NCBI GenBank assembly: GCA_031362565.1 | Contig: JANLSU010000046.1 | Span: forward strand, 1-27,585 | DNA length: 27,585 nt | Direction: 5' to 3' | Source: a bacterium | GTDB lineage: Bacteria; Krumholzibacteriota; Krumholzibacteriia; G020349025 | Part shown: positions 1 through 8,403 of the stretch, piece after piece | Numbering within the stretch: the first letter of the stretch is position 1 | How the letters are laid out: the number at the start of each line of letters is the position of its first letter | The notes under the pieces: model-generated | What the model was told of the DNA's origin: nothing | What the model saw: the letters and a program-made list of their open reading frames with translations, nothing else | Databases searched by the model: none | Translations under genes and position numbers: made by a program

Positions 1-1
1 C

Positions 2-1162
2 AAGACGCTCACCGGCTGCGGCGTCAATGCGAAGCCGGTGAGCGTCTTGCCGGCGATTCCCGGCAACTCCGTCGGCAGCGCCTGGGGTGATGTGGACAAC
101 GATGGGGACCAAGATCTCTTGGTCGCCAACGACAACGGCGAAAGCGAAACGCTGTACCTGAACAACGGCCCACCCACCTACACGTTTACACGCGTCACCA
201 GCGGACCACTCGTGTCGAGCGGTGGTTCCTCGTTCGGGTGTTCGTTTGCGGATGTGGATGGCGATGGCGATCTCGATGCTTTCGTCGCCAATCGCCTCAA
301 TCAGAATGATGCGCTGTATCGCAACGATGGACCGGCGGGCGCGTGGCTCGCATTGCGGCTCCAAGGAACGGTGTCCAACCGGTCGGCGACCGGTGCCCGG
401 GTGCGCGTGCTGGCGCGCATCGGCGGTGTGCCGCGCTGGCAAACTCAACAGGTCCTGCCGCTCTCGGGATATAATAGTCAGAATCTCGAGCTGCACTTCG
501 GGCTCGGGGATGCGGCCCAGGCCGATAGCATCGACATTCGTTGGCCGAGTGGACTGCGTCAAAGACTTGCGACGGTCGCCGCGGGCCAAAGGCTCAACGT
601 TGTCGAACCGGCCACGACACCCGTCGCAGCGTCTCTTGTGTTCGCTCGAGCCACCGCCGAAGGCGTCGAGATCCAGTGGGAGCTTGGGGAGGCTCCTACC
701 GGCGATCTCGCGCTCGAACGCCGGAACGCAACGGACGCATGGCGCCGGTGCGACGGGCTCGCACTCGAGGGACGCCGCGTACGGGTCGTCGACCGGGACG
801 TGCGGGCCGGCGAACACTACGGATACCGCCTGCGGATGAACGGCGCGGGCGGCGCGCAGATTCTGGCCGAGATCTGGATTGACGCAGTAAGCCCGCGGGC
901 GTTCGATCTCCGCCTCGCGTCGGCGTCACCGGTGTCCAAGGATCCGAGCTTGGCGCTCTTTTTGCCCCGCTCGGGCGCCGTGTCGTTGCAGGTTGTGGAT
1001 GCTCGGGGCCGGGTGCGAGTGACGCGGCTGCTTTCAGGACTCGAGGGAGGTGTGCACACTGTTCATGTGCCGGAGCTTCAGAACTTGGGAACCGGGATCT
1101 ACTGGGTGCGCGCCTCTTTCGCTGGCGCCCAACGCGCGGTGCGCGTCGTTCTCGTGCACTGA
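2..1162 (+). CDS. FG-GAP repeat / ASPIC-UnbV (CRTAC1-like) secreted protein with C-terminal sorting-like domain, 5'-truncated
   Basis: Frame is open from position 2. It has FG-GAP motifs (WGDVDNDGDQDLLVAN, FADVDGDGDLDAFVAN), the ASPIC/UnbV signature (SNRSATGARV...GYNSQN..LHFGLG...I.IRWPSG) and a tail ending GIYWVRA...RVVLVH. Confidence 0.9.
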   Translation, partial: KTLTGCGVNAKPVSVLPAIPGNSVGSAWGDVDNDGDQDLLVANDNGESETLYLNNGPPTYTFTRVTSGPLVSSGGSSFGCSFADVDGDGDLDAFVANRLNQNDALYRNDGPAGAWLALRLQGTVSNRSATGARVRVLARIGGVPRWQTQQVLPLSGYNSQNLELHFGLGDAAQADSIDIRWPSGLRQRLATVAAGQRLNVVEPATTPVAASLVFARATAEGVEIQWELGEAPTGDLALERRNATDAWRRCDGLALEGRRVRVVDRDVRAGEHYGYRLRMNGAGGAQILAEIWIDAVSPRAFDLRLASASPVSKDPSLALFLPRSGAVSLQVVDARGRVRVTRLLSGLEGGVHTVHVPELQNLGTGIYWVRASFAGAQRAVRVVLVH

Positions 1163-1183
1163 CGCGCGCGCGAAACGGCAGCG

Positions 1184-2308
1184 ATGACGGGCCCGGCGCG
1201 GGCCCGGGGCCCCGGCCGCAGGCTCCTCCTGGCGCTCGGATGGATCGCCGCTTGGGGGCTTCTGGGGCTGTTTTTCGGCAGCCAAACGCTGCTCTATGCG
1301 CGCTACTCGGGCCGCCATCCGAATCCCGCCGACGTGTTGCTGGTGCCATGCACCGAGATGCTCCTGTGGGCGCCGCTCTCGGCGGTCGCCCTGTGGTTCG
1401 CGCGCCAGCGCCCGTTCGAACGCCGGCACATCGGCCGTGCCCTCGCCTTCCACGTGCCGGCGGCGCTCGCGCTCTCGAGCGTGCAAGCGGTGGCGACGGG
1501 TTGCGTGTTCTGGGCCCTCGGGTTGTTCGCCAAAGCGCCGTTGCCGGTACCGCGGCTGCTTCTCGGCCTCATGGTCGGCAAGTTGAGCGCCAACATCGTG
1601 ACGTATGCCGCCGTGGTCACCGGCTTCCTGGCGCTCGATACCCGGCGCCGGCTCCACGAGCGCGAGTTGCGTGCGTCGCAGCTCGAGGCGCGCCTGGCGG
1701 ATGCGCGATTGGATGTGCTGCGCATGCAGCTGCAGCCGCACTTTCTCTTCAACACGCTGCACGCCATCTCGACCCTCATGCATCGCGACGTCGAGGCGGC
1801 GGACCGCATGCTGGTGCGCCTTTCGGACCTTTTGCGCCTGTCGATGGAGCACGACGACGCACGCGACATCCCGCTGTCGCGCGAAATGCAATTCCTCGAC
1901 GCGTATGTCCAAATTCAGCAGGTGCGTTTTGGGGAGCGGTTGCGCGTCCGTACAGAGATCGAGCCACGGGCTCTCGATGGACGGGTGCCGACATTGCTGT
2001 TGCAACCGCTGGTCGAGAATGCCATCCAGCACGGCATCAGCCATCGGGCGGCGGGTGGTGCGATCGAGATCACGGCGCGGGTCGTGGAGGGCTGTCTCAT
2101 CCTCGAGATCGGCGATGACGGGCCGGGGTGGAACGGCGCGCCGCGGGCGGGCGGGCGCGGACTCGCGAACACCCGCGCCCGGATCGAGCAGATGGCACCG
2201 GGCGCCGCACGCTTCGAATGCGTCGAGCGCCCGGGTGGCGGGGCGCTCGTCCGCGTCACAATTCCGTTCGTGACCGGCAGCGGCGTGGCGGGGGGCGGCG
2301 CACCATGA
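1184..2308 (+). CDS. LytS/YehU-family membrane sensor histidine kinase
   Basis: N-terminal hydrophobic helices, the His_kinase motif LRMQLQPHFLFNTLHAI, and HATPase motifs LLQPLVENAIQHG and DDGPG...GRGL. Confidence 0.95.
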   Translation: MTGPARARGPGRRLLLALGWIAAWGLLGLFFGSQTLLYARYSGRHPNPADVLLVPCTEMLLWAPLSAVALWFARQRPFERRHIGRALAFHVPAALALSSVQAVATGCVFWALGLFAKAPLPVPRLLLGLMVGKLSANIVTYAAVVTGFLALDTRRRLHERELRASQLEARLADARLDVLRMQLQPHFLFNTLHAISTLMHRDVEAADRMLVRLSDLLRLSMEHDDARDIPLSREMQFLDAYVQIQQVRFGERLRVRTEIEPRALDGRVPTLLLQPLVENAIQHGISHRAAGGAIEITARVVEGCLILEIGDDGPGWNGAPRAGGRGLANTRARIEQMAPGAARFECVERPGGGALVRVTIPFVTGSGVAGGGAP

Positions 2309-3069
2309 GTCTGCGCGTTCTCATCGTCGATGACGAGGCGTTGGCGCGGGAGAAGCTCCGCACGCTGCTGGCATCGGAGCCGGACGTGGTGCTCGTGGGC
2401 GAATGCGCCGATGGGCTCGAAGCGCTGGCTTGGATCGAACGCGATCCGCCCGACTTGATGTTTCTCGACGTGCAGATGCCCGAACTCAACGGCTTCGAGG
2501 TCTTGGACGCAATCGGCACACCGCGCGTCCCAGCGGTCGTATTCGTGACGGCGTATGACCAATACGCGCTGCGTGCTTTCGAGGTGCACGCGCTCGACTA
2601 CCTGCTCAAGCCGTTCGACCGTGAGCGCTTCCAGCAGGCTCTCGCCCGCGCCCGGTCCGGCGTCACCGCCGGCGGCCAAGGGCTCGAGCAGAGCGTGCGC
2701 GCCTTGCTCGACGACCTGCGACAGGCACGCGCCCACGCCCAGCGTCTCATCGTCAAGAGCGGCGGGCGCGTTTTTTTCGTGCCTGTCGCCGAGATCGATT
2801 GGGTGCAGGCAGCCGGCAACTACGTCGAGTTGCATGCCGGGACCGAGAGGCATCTCTGGCGCGAAACAATGCAGAGCCTCGTCGCCAGGCTCGACCCGGA
2901 GCACTTCGTACGCATCCACCGCTCGGTGCTCGTCAACATGCGCCAGGTGCGCCACGTCGACATTGGCGAGTCGGGCGAATACGCCGTGACGCTCCAGAGC
3001 GGCCGCACCTTGCCGGTGGGCCGCGCCTTCCGGCGCGCCTTCCGAGCCCGCATCGACAAGGTGGGTTGA
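2305..3069 (+). CDS. LytTR-family DNA-binding response regulator
   Basis: ATG at 2305 overlaps the kinase stop (ATGA). Receiver motifs VDDE, FLDVQMP and DYLLKP are followed by LytTR motifs AAGNYVELH and FVRIHRS. Confidence 0.95.
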   Translation: MSLRVLIVDDEALAREKLRTLLASEPDVVLVGECADGLEALAWIERDPPDLMFLDVQMPELNGFEVLDAIGTPRVPAVVFVTAYDQYALRAFEVHALDYLLKPFDRERFQQALARARSGVTAGGQGLEQSVRALLDDLRQARAHAQRLIVKSGGRVFFVPVAEIDWVQAAGNYVELHAGTERHLWRETMQSLVARLDPEHFVRIHRSVLVNMRQVRHVDIGESGEYAVTLQSGRTLPVGRAFRRAFRARIDKVG

Positions 3070-3071
3070 AC

Positions 3072-3779
3072 TCAGCGCTTGCCGGCGCTCCGCATGAGCG
3101 CCTTGAAAGACGCGGGCAGCGGCGTTTCGATCGTCATCGGCGTGCCGTCGAAGGGGTGCCGGAAGCTGATCGACTTGGCATGCAGCGCGAGGCGCGCCGC
3201 GGCGCGATCCTCCGTACCGTATTTCGTGTCGCCAACGACCGCATGCCCGATTTCGGCCAGATGAACCCGGATCTGGTGCTTGCGGCCCGTCAACAGATCG
3301 ACTTCGAGCAGGGCGTAGCGTTTCGACTGCTCGAGAACCCGGTACGAGGTTTTCGCCAACCGCCCCTCGCGCGTGTCGCTGGTGGAATACACGACATGCG
3401 CCTGATTTTCGGCCAAGTAACTCGAGATTGTCTCCGACGTCTTTTCACAGGTGCCATGCACGACCGCGAAGTACTTTTTGCGCGTGCTCGGCCATTCTCC
3501 CTGCAAACGGAACTTTGCATCTTCGGTCTTGGCGAACAACAGCACGCCGGAAGTGTCGCGGTCCAGCCGGTGAACGATGAAGATGCGCTTACGGGACTTG
3601 CCCTGGCCTTTGCGCACGTAGTCCGTGAGAATAAAATAGGCGGTGTGCGTCTTGTCGGTGTTGGTACCCATCGACAACAGCCCCGGCGGCTTGTCGACCA
3701 CCAGAATGTCGCGATCCTCGTGCAGGATCACGAGTCCCTTGGGCAGCATCCCGGCGCTGCGTCCCGACTGCCCGTGCAT
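3072..3779 (-). CDS. RluA-family RNA pseudouridine synthase
   Basis: Motifs VVDKPPGL, catalytic HRLDRDTSG, TGRKHQIRVH and LHA. The start at 3779 was chosen because GGAGG precedes it. Confidence 0.93.
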   Translation of the reverse strand: MHGQSGRSAGMLPKGLVILHEDRDILVVDKPPGLLSMGTNTDKTHTAYFILTDYVRKGQGKSRKRIFIVHRLDRDTSGVLLFAKTEDAKFRLQGEWPSTRKKYFAVVHGTCEKTSETISSYLAENQAHVVYSTSDTREGRLAKTSYRVLEQSKRYALLEVDLLTGRKHQIRVHLAEIGHAVVGDTKYGTEDRAAARLALHAKSISFRHPFDGTPMTIETPLPASFKALMRSAGKR

Positions 3780-3914
3780 CCCGTATCCTCCATCTTGCAG
3801 CGCACGGACCCGGTTCCAAAGACCGACTGGTGGGCGCGTGACCACTGCAGCATACTCCACGCCCATGACCCTTCCAACCCGTGGTGGGTCGGTGTGCCGG
3901 CAGCGGAGCGTTAA

Positions 3915-4643
3915 ATGTTGGCGAAGCGTAGCCTTCGATTCTTGAGGTTCGTCGCCGCGTTGCGGGCGCCGGCTGCGGTTGCATGCGTTCTGTACTGGCT
4001 TGCTGCTCTGCCGGCCGCGGCGCTGCAAGCTCGAGCGGCGGACACAAAAGCTCCCGTGGAGCCAACCAAGCTACGGCCGCGCGTCGCAGCACCGACCTGA
4101 AGCGGCTGACCGGGTGAAGGAGCGCCGCTCCGGGGGAGCGGCTTGCATACACAGTGGGCGCTGTCGCTGCGTTACGTCGACACGGAACTCGAGCGGCCAC
4201 GCTGGCGTTCCACCATCAGCTATCGCGTCCTCTCGAGTCTTCAGGTCGGGCTCGAGTACAACCCGGCCGCCGGCGAGGTTGGGCCGATTGCGACCTGGTT
4301 CTTGCTGCAGGAGGCAGGGCTCCGTCCGGCTGCTTTCCTCGGTACGAGTTCGGACCGCATTGGCTCGCCAAAGGGCAAGCAGTCGTACTATCTCACCGTG
4401 GCAAAAAACCTCGACCCGGTTCCGGTCTCGATCTATGGAAGCCTCAACTACTCGGAGTGGGATGCAGGATTCAATTTCCCATTCGGGGCGAATTTCGAAA
4501 TTTATCCAGGCATCACGGCGCAACTCATGTACGACGGCCATCGGACGCACCTTCTCGGGATGTACTCGGCGCAGCGGTTCAGTATCACACTGATTGATGC
4601 TTGGCTGGAGCGCTTTGGAATTGCCGCCTCGGTTGGCTTCTGA
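3915..4643 (+). CDS. Predicted exported selenoprotein with a UxxU motif and a beta-barrel-like C-terminal domain (242 aa with UGA readthrough)
   Basis: GGAG precedes the ATG and the N-terminus looks like a signal peptide. In-frame TGAs at 4098-4100 and 4107-4109 read P-T-U-S-G-U-P, the frame then stays open to 4643, and a SECIS-like hairpin lies at 4124-4142. The C-terminal part has amphipathic beta-strand patterns and ends in Phe (SVGF). Confidence 0.75.
4124..4142 (+). promoter_or_regulatory. Putative bacterial SECIS element
   Basis: Perfect 8-bp stem GCCGCTCC/GGAGCGGC with a GGG loop. The loop begins 22 nt after the second TGA and 31 nt after the first. Confidence 0.7.
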
Positions 4644-4656
4644 AAGGACCTGCTGA

Positions 4657-5322
4657 ATGAAAACCGTCATTGGGGTCGCCTTGGGTCTGGCGCTTTGGGC
4701 TGGATTGCCGGGCGGGGTAGCGCGCGCCGAAGCCGCCGAAAAAGCGGTTTGCATCGTCTGCAAGGTGACCGAAGGATCGAACACGGCCGAGGCCGTGAAA
4801 GCAGTTCGGGTGCGTGATGATGTTCGCTACGCCTTTTGCGCCGAGAAGTGCGCTAAGGAGTTCGACGCCGACCCGGCGGCATACCTGCCGCCGAAGTTCC
4901 CACGACCGGCACCAAATCTTGCGGTTACAAGCCTTGCCGGGGATTTGCTCAAATGGGAAACCTTCAAGGGCCGGGTGGTGCTCCTCGACTTCTGGGCCAC
5001 GTGGTGTGCGCCGTGCCGCAAATCCATGCCGGAGCTCGAGGTACTGCACCAGAAGTACGCCGGCCGCGGTTTCTCCGTCCTCGGTGTCTCCATCGATGAA
5101 GACGGAGCGGAAAAGGTCCGGAAGTTCATTGCCGCGAAAAAGTTCACCTACCCAATTGGAATTGATTCCGCAGCCGAGTCGACCTGGGAGCGCTTCCACA
5201 TCAAGGCGATTCCGGCCGCCTTCCTAGTCGACCAGCAGGGCCAGGTCGTCGCGCAGTGGACCGGAACGCCGGTCGACATTCGTGAGGTGGAAGCGAAGCT
5301 CGGTGCACTGCTCGAGCCATAA
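4657..5322 (+). CDS. Exported YHS/TRASH-domain + TlpA-like (thioredoxin-fold) disulfide reductase fusion
   Basis: Signal peptide ending near ARA-E, a YHS-like segment (CIVC...YAFCAEKCAKEFDADPAAY) and the TlpA motif LLDFWATWCAPC followed by IP. AGGA lies upstream of the ATG. Confidence 0.9.
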   Translation: MKTVIGVALGLALWAGLPGGVARAEAAEKAVCIVCKVTEGSNTAEAVKAVRVRDDVRYAFCAEKCAKEFDADPAAYLPPKFPRPAPNLAVTSLAGDLLKWETFKGRVVLLDFWATWCAPCRKSMPELEVLHQKYAGRGFSVLGVSIDEDGAEKVRKFIAAKKFTYPIGIDSAAESTWERFHIKAIPAAFLVDQQGQVVAQWTGTPVDIREVEAKLGALLEP

Positions 5323-5346
5323 GCGCCGCGGCCGAGCGCCGCTGTC

Positions 5347-5667
5347 TCAAACCCGTACGAGCTTCACCGCGGTTCCATAGGCCAGGACTTCGGTGACGCC
5401 GGACGCGAACTCCGTCGCATCGTAGCGCGCGGCGATGATGGCATCGGCGCCGCGCTCCTCGGCGTGCTTCATCATTCGATTGAACGCATCGTCGCGGGCT
5501 CGTTCGCAGACCTGCGCGTAGGCCTCGATATTCCCGCCGACGATTTGCTTCAGCCCACCGAGAAACCCCTGCGCGATGCTGGGCGATCGAACGACGATGC
5601 CGCGCACGACACCCAGGTACTGCCCCACCGTGAACCCATCGACCGCGTTGCCGGTCGTGATGACCAT
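5347..5667 (-). CDS. ybjQ: YbjQ/UPF0145 family putative heavy-metal-binding protein
   Basis: 106 aa with family motifs YLGVVRG, IVGG..EAY, AR..A..RM, GADAII and EVLAYGTAVK. GGAG lies upstream. Confidence 0.92.
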   Translation of the reverse strand: MVITTGNAVDGFTVGQYLGVVRGIVVRSPSIAQGFLGGLKQIVGGNIEAYAQVCERARDDAFNRMMKHAEERGADAIIAARYDATEFASGVTEVLAYGTAVKLVRV

Positions 5668-5715
5668 GAATGCCCTCCAGCGAATGAGAACTCACACGGC
5701 CGACCATGATACAAC

Positions 5716-5747
5716 GCTTCGAGGCCCGGACGGCCGGGCCTCGAAGC
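5716..5747 (-). terminator. GC-rich hairpin, likely terminator or stabiliser downstream of the di-heme gene
   Basis: Perfect 14-bp stem GCTTCGAGGCCCGG/CCGGGCCTCGAAGC with a 4-nt loop, about 30 nt after the stop at 5777. The U-tract is weak. Confidence 0.55.
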
Positions 5748-5776
5748 AGGTTGCCATGGGTCGCCACGCCGGTGCT

Positions 5777-7075
5777 TCAGATAAAGTTCAGGAACGCCAA
5801 GAGCGCTGCACGCTGCGGACCCGGCAGTGCCAGGAAGGCATCACGCGCCCGTGAAGCTTCGCCGTCATGGGCGGCGATAGCAGCACTGATGGTCGCGGCC
5901 CGGCCGTCATGCAAGTACGGCGCGCTGACGCGCAGTCCCCACAGTGGCGCGGTTCGCATCTCGCGGGCTTCGGCGCGGCCTTGGACGATGCCGTCACCGA
6001 GCGCCCCCATGTCATGGAGCAAGAGATCGGTGAACGGGAAGAACCGCTTGCCCGATAGAGCTGCGACACCGGGGACGAAGCCCGTGATGAGCGCCGGTTG
6101 GTGGCAACTCGCACATTTCGACGCCACGAAGGTGCGTGTCCCGCGGAGCACTTCCGCGGTCGGCGCGCCTGCCAAGGGCGGCGGCGCCAGCAGCCGCATG
6201 AAGTCGTTGAATGCCTCGACGCCGTCACTGATGCCGTTGTTGTTGGCGTCCTCGTCGTCGATTGCCGTCCCGGGGATACCGTCATCACAGACGATGGGAC
6301 CGCCCTGCGGTGCATTCTCCACCGGGAAGAGGTTGTTGGTGATTCCCATCTCGTTCAGGTAGGCATCGCCCGAGAACACGAACACCGATGGCACTTGTGC
6401 TTTCCAGCCAAAACGGCCGATCTCGGACCGTTGGGTGGCGGGACTGACGACGATGTTGAGCCGCCCGGAGATGCCGTCGCGGTCGCGATCGGTGGGATCG
6501 GCAAGTTGCCGCAACAACCAGCCCGGGACAGCATCCAGCAGCCCCAAACCAAAGAGCGGCGTGGTTTGCCGGCCGGCAACGACATTGGCGGCGGCGGGCA
6601 CTTGTTCGCCGGGCTGCGAGCACGCGCCGTTCGTAATCCCCTTGATTTGAATCAGCGAGCCGCCCAATCGCGCCGAGGGGTCGAACGTGCCGTCGGCGTT
6701 GCGCTTTCCGAAGCGCGTTTCGACAAGAGTGCCGGCGCCCCCGATGCTGCCCTGCACGTGGCACACCGCGCAGCCGGCTTCATTGAAGACGGGACCCAAT
6801 CCTTCGTCCGGTGTCTCGATGCTTTCGAATTCTTCCTTGCCCGCCTCGAAGCGCGCGACCAGCGCCGCCGGGAGACCGGGAAGGGGCGCGCCGAAATTCA
6901 CGGCGGAGGGCTCGCCGACGGCTTTCTCACACGCATCGGCGAGCGAAGCCTCATCTGTTGCTACGGGAGCCGGGTTGTTGGGTGTGGGCTCAGGAGAGAC
7001 TCCGTCGCGGACGCATCCCCCGCAGAACACCGCCACCACCACGACCATGACCCCGTAAGCCATGACGCGAACCAT
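5777..7075 (-). CDS. Di-heme oxidoreductase (DHOR-family) c-type cytochrome, probable lipoprotein
   Basis: Two CxxCH motifs (CAVCH, CASCH) plus family motifs GLGPVFN, GRFGWKA, TDLLLHDMG, RTAPLWG and YLHDGRA. AAGGAGG precedes the ATG at 7075, and FCGGC resembles a lipobox. Confidence 0.9.
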   Translation of the reverse strand: MVRVMAYGVMVVVVAVFCGGCVRDGVSPEPTPNNPAPVATDEASLADACEKAVGEPSAVNFGAPLPGLPAALVARFEAGKEEFESIETPDEGLGPVFNEAGCAVCHVQGSIGGAGTLVETRFGKRNADGTFDPSARLGGSLIQIKGITNGACSQPGEQVPAAANVVAGRQTTPLFGLGLLDAVPGWLLRQLADPTDRDRDGISGRLNIVVSPATQRSEIGRFGWKAQVPSVFVFSGDAYLNEMGITNNLFPVENAPQGGPIVCDDGIPGTAIDDEDANNNGISDGVEAFNDFMRLLAPPPLAGAPTAEVLRGTRTFVASKCASCHQPALITGFVPGVAALSGKRFFPFTDLLLHDMGALGDGIVQGRAEAREMRTAPLWGLRVSAPYLHDGRAATISAAIAAHDGEASRARDAFLALPGPQRAALLAFLNFI

Positions 7076-7111
7076 GACGACCTCCTTCGCAACTGGCATG
7101 CAAAGGCGCGC

Positions 7112-7127
7112 TGCATGGCGCGTACCA
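7112..7127 (-). promoter_or_regulatory. Putative sigma-54 (-24/-12) promoter of the di-heme gene
   Basis: Minus strand reads TGGTACG-CGCC-ATGCA, with correct GG-N10-GC spacing and 2 mismatches to TGGCACG-N4-TTGCA. It ends 36 nt before the ATG. Confidence 0.55.
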
Positions 7128-7317
7128 CGCACGCGTGCAGGACATGTTCGAGGTCATGAGCCCGCGCATGGCGCGCATTGAACATCACGCCGCACGCGCA
7201 CGACGTCACACTTGCGAAGTGAGTGGCGTGCGAAACCGTGCACATTGGCGGGCGAGGCTTGCAACTTGAGGCTCGTTCGTGAGCGAGCCGAGGCAGGGTC
7301 GAAGCGATTCGGCGCGA

Positions 7318-7356
7318 ACTCGACCGGGGGTTCGGAGGGGAGGGCCCCGGTCGAGT
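7318..7356 (-). terminator. Hairpin downstream of the Spy-like lipoprotein gene
   Basis: 12-bp inverted repeat ACTCGACCGGGG...CCCCGGTCGAGT just after the stop at 7372. There is no clear U-tract. Confidence 0.4.
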
Positions 7357-7371
7357 CGCGCGCTCGCAAAG

Positions 7372-8403
7372 CTACGGACGGCAGCCGTGGAACAGCCGGC
7401 GCAAGAACCTCAACTGGTTGAAGAGGGTAGCTTGCTCCGGTGTCAGAGTGGCGGCGATCGCGTCGGACGCATTTTTTTGAATCTGCGCCAGTGCGGCCTC
7501 CGCCTGCTGCGGGGTGACCGATGCGTCTTGCAAGTTCGTCAGCACGGCTTGGATCGAGGGCTTGGTGTTGGTCAGAATCGTCGTGATGTCGGCGGCCTGC
7601 GTGTCGCTCAGGTCGAGAATGCGATCCAGGATGTTCACCCGCCGGGTGACGCCCGCGTCGAAGGACGCCAGTTGCGCCGTCAGGCGGGCCACGAGACGGT
7701 CACGCCTGGCCTGTTGCAACTGGGTGTACTGGTCGGCGGTCAGAATGCTCTGGAGCGTCGTTTCGAACGTCGCCTGAGCGGCGACGACGCCAGCTTCGAA
7801 CTGTTCTTGGGTCAGTGTACCGGCCCGGAACTGGGCCACGAGGGACTCGACCGATTCATGCAGGGTGCGCTGCGCGGCGTGGATTTGTTGCAGCTGCGCG
7901 GGCGTCAGGCCCAGGTCGGGGAGCCCGCCCCGGGGTGGACGGTGCCCGCCGTGCCCCATGCCGCCATCCCGTCCGGGTCCGCCCGAGCGGGCCAAGAGCG
8001 GTTCCTCGAGTCCCGGGACGTCGATCCGGCCGGCCTCGAAGGCCCGCAGGTTCGAAACGAGCCGCAGGGTCTGCGGTGGCTCGAGCACCGAAACACCGAC
8101 CGCCACGAACTCGAAGACCGGCGGTTCGCCGGTCAGGTTGCCGCCCGCGGACCATTGGACTTCGTCGCGCTGCCACGAGGCGTGGGCCGGAGCGAGCGCG
8201 GCCGCCTGCTGGCTCGTGAGATTCACGCCGGCCTGCAGGTCGCCGAGCGCTGGGACTGCCGGATTGGACGTCGAGGGCACGGTCGCCGGTTGGGTCGAGG
8301 ACTGCATACAGCCCGCCGCCATCCACAGGACGGCGCCGAGAAGTGCCGCGGCGAGGGCGCGCTCTGGCGCACACGGGCGGCCCGGTTTCGATACGTTGTT
8401 CAC
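7372..8403 (-). CDS. Lipoprotein with Spy/CpxP-like LTXXQ helical repeats
   Basis: GGAGG precedes a GTG start and AAGC is a lipobox. LTxxQ-type motifs recur (NLTSQQ, LGLTPAQ, ILTADQ, LDLSDTQ, TLTPEQ), with a Gly/His-rich linker GGMGHGGHRPP. Confidence 0.7.
   Translation of the reverse strand: MNNVSKPGRPCAPERALAAALLGAVLWMAAGCMQSSTQPATVPSTSNPAVPALGDLQAGVNLTSQQAAALAPAHASWQRDEVQWSAGGNLTGEPPVFEFVAVGVSVLEPPQTLRLVSNLRAFEAGRIDVPGLEEPLLARSGGPGRDGGMGHGGHRPPRGGLPDLGLTPAQLQQIHAAQRTLHESVESLVAQFRAGTLTQEQFEAGVVAAQATFETTLQSILTADQYTQLQQARRDRLVARLTAQLASFDAGVTRRVNILDRILDLSDTQAADITTILTNTKPSIQAVLTNLQDASVTPQQAEAALAQIQKNASDAIAATLTPEQATLFNQLRFLRRLFHGCRP

Noticed and set aside
3780..4028. N-terminal extension of the RluA ORF
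   Set aside because: It shows no family similarity and overlaps the divergent gene at 3915, and a GGAGG-ATG is present at 3779.
4098..4109. Genome-wide UGA reassignment (to Trp or Gly) as the explanation for the in-frame TGAs
   Set aside because: TGA is the real stop of many genes here (1162, 2308, 3069, 4643, 12679, 22443, 25726), several in ATGA/GTGA overlaps, and Trp is encoded by TGG.
7246..7263. Plus-strand sigma-54-like TGGCGG...TTGCA
   Set aside because: The GG-to-GC spacing is not the required 10 nt, and no plus-strand gene follows.
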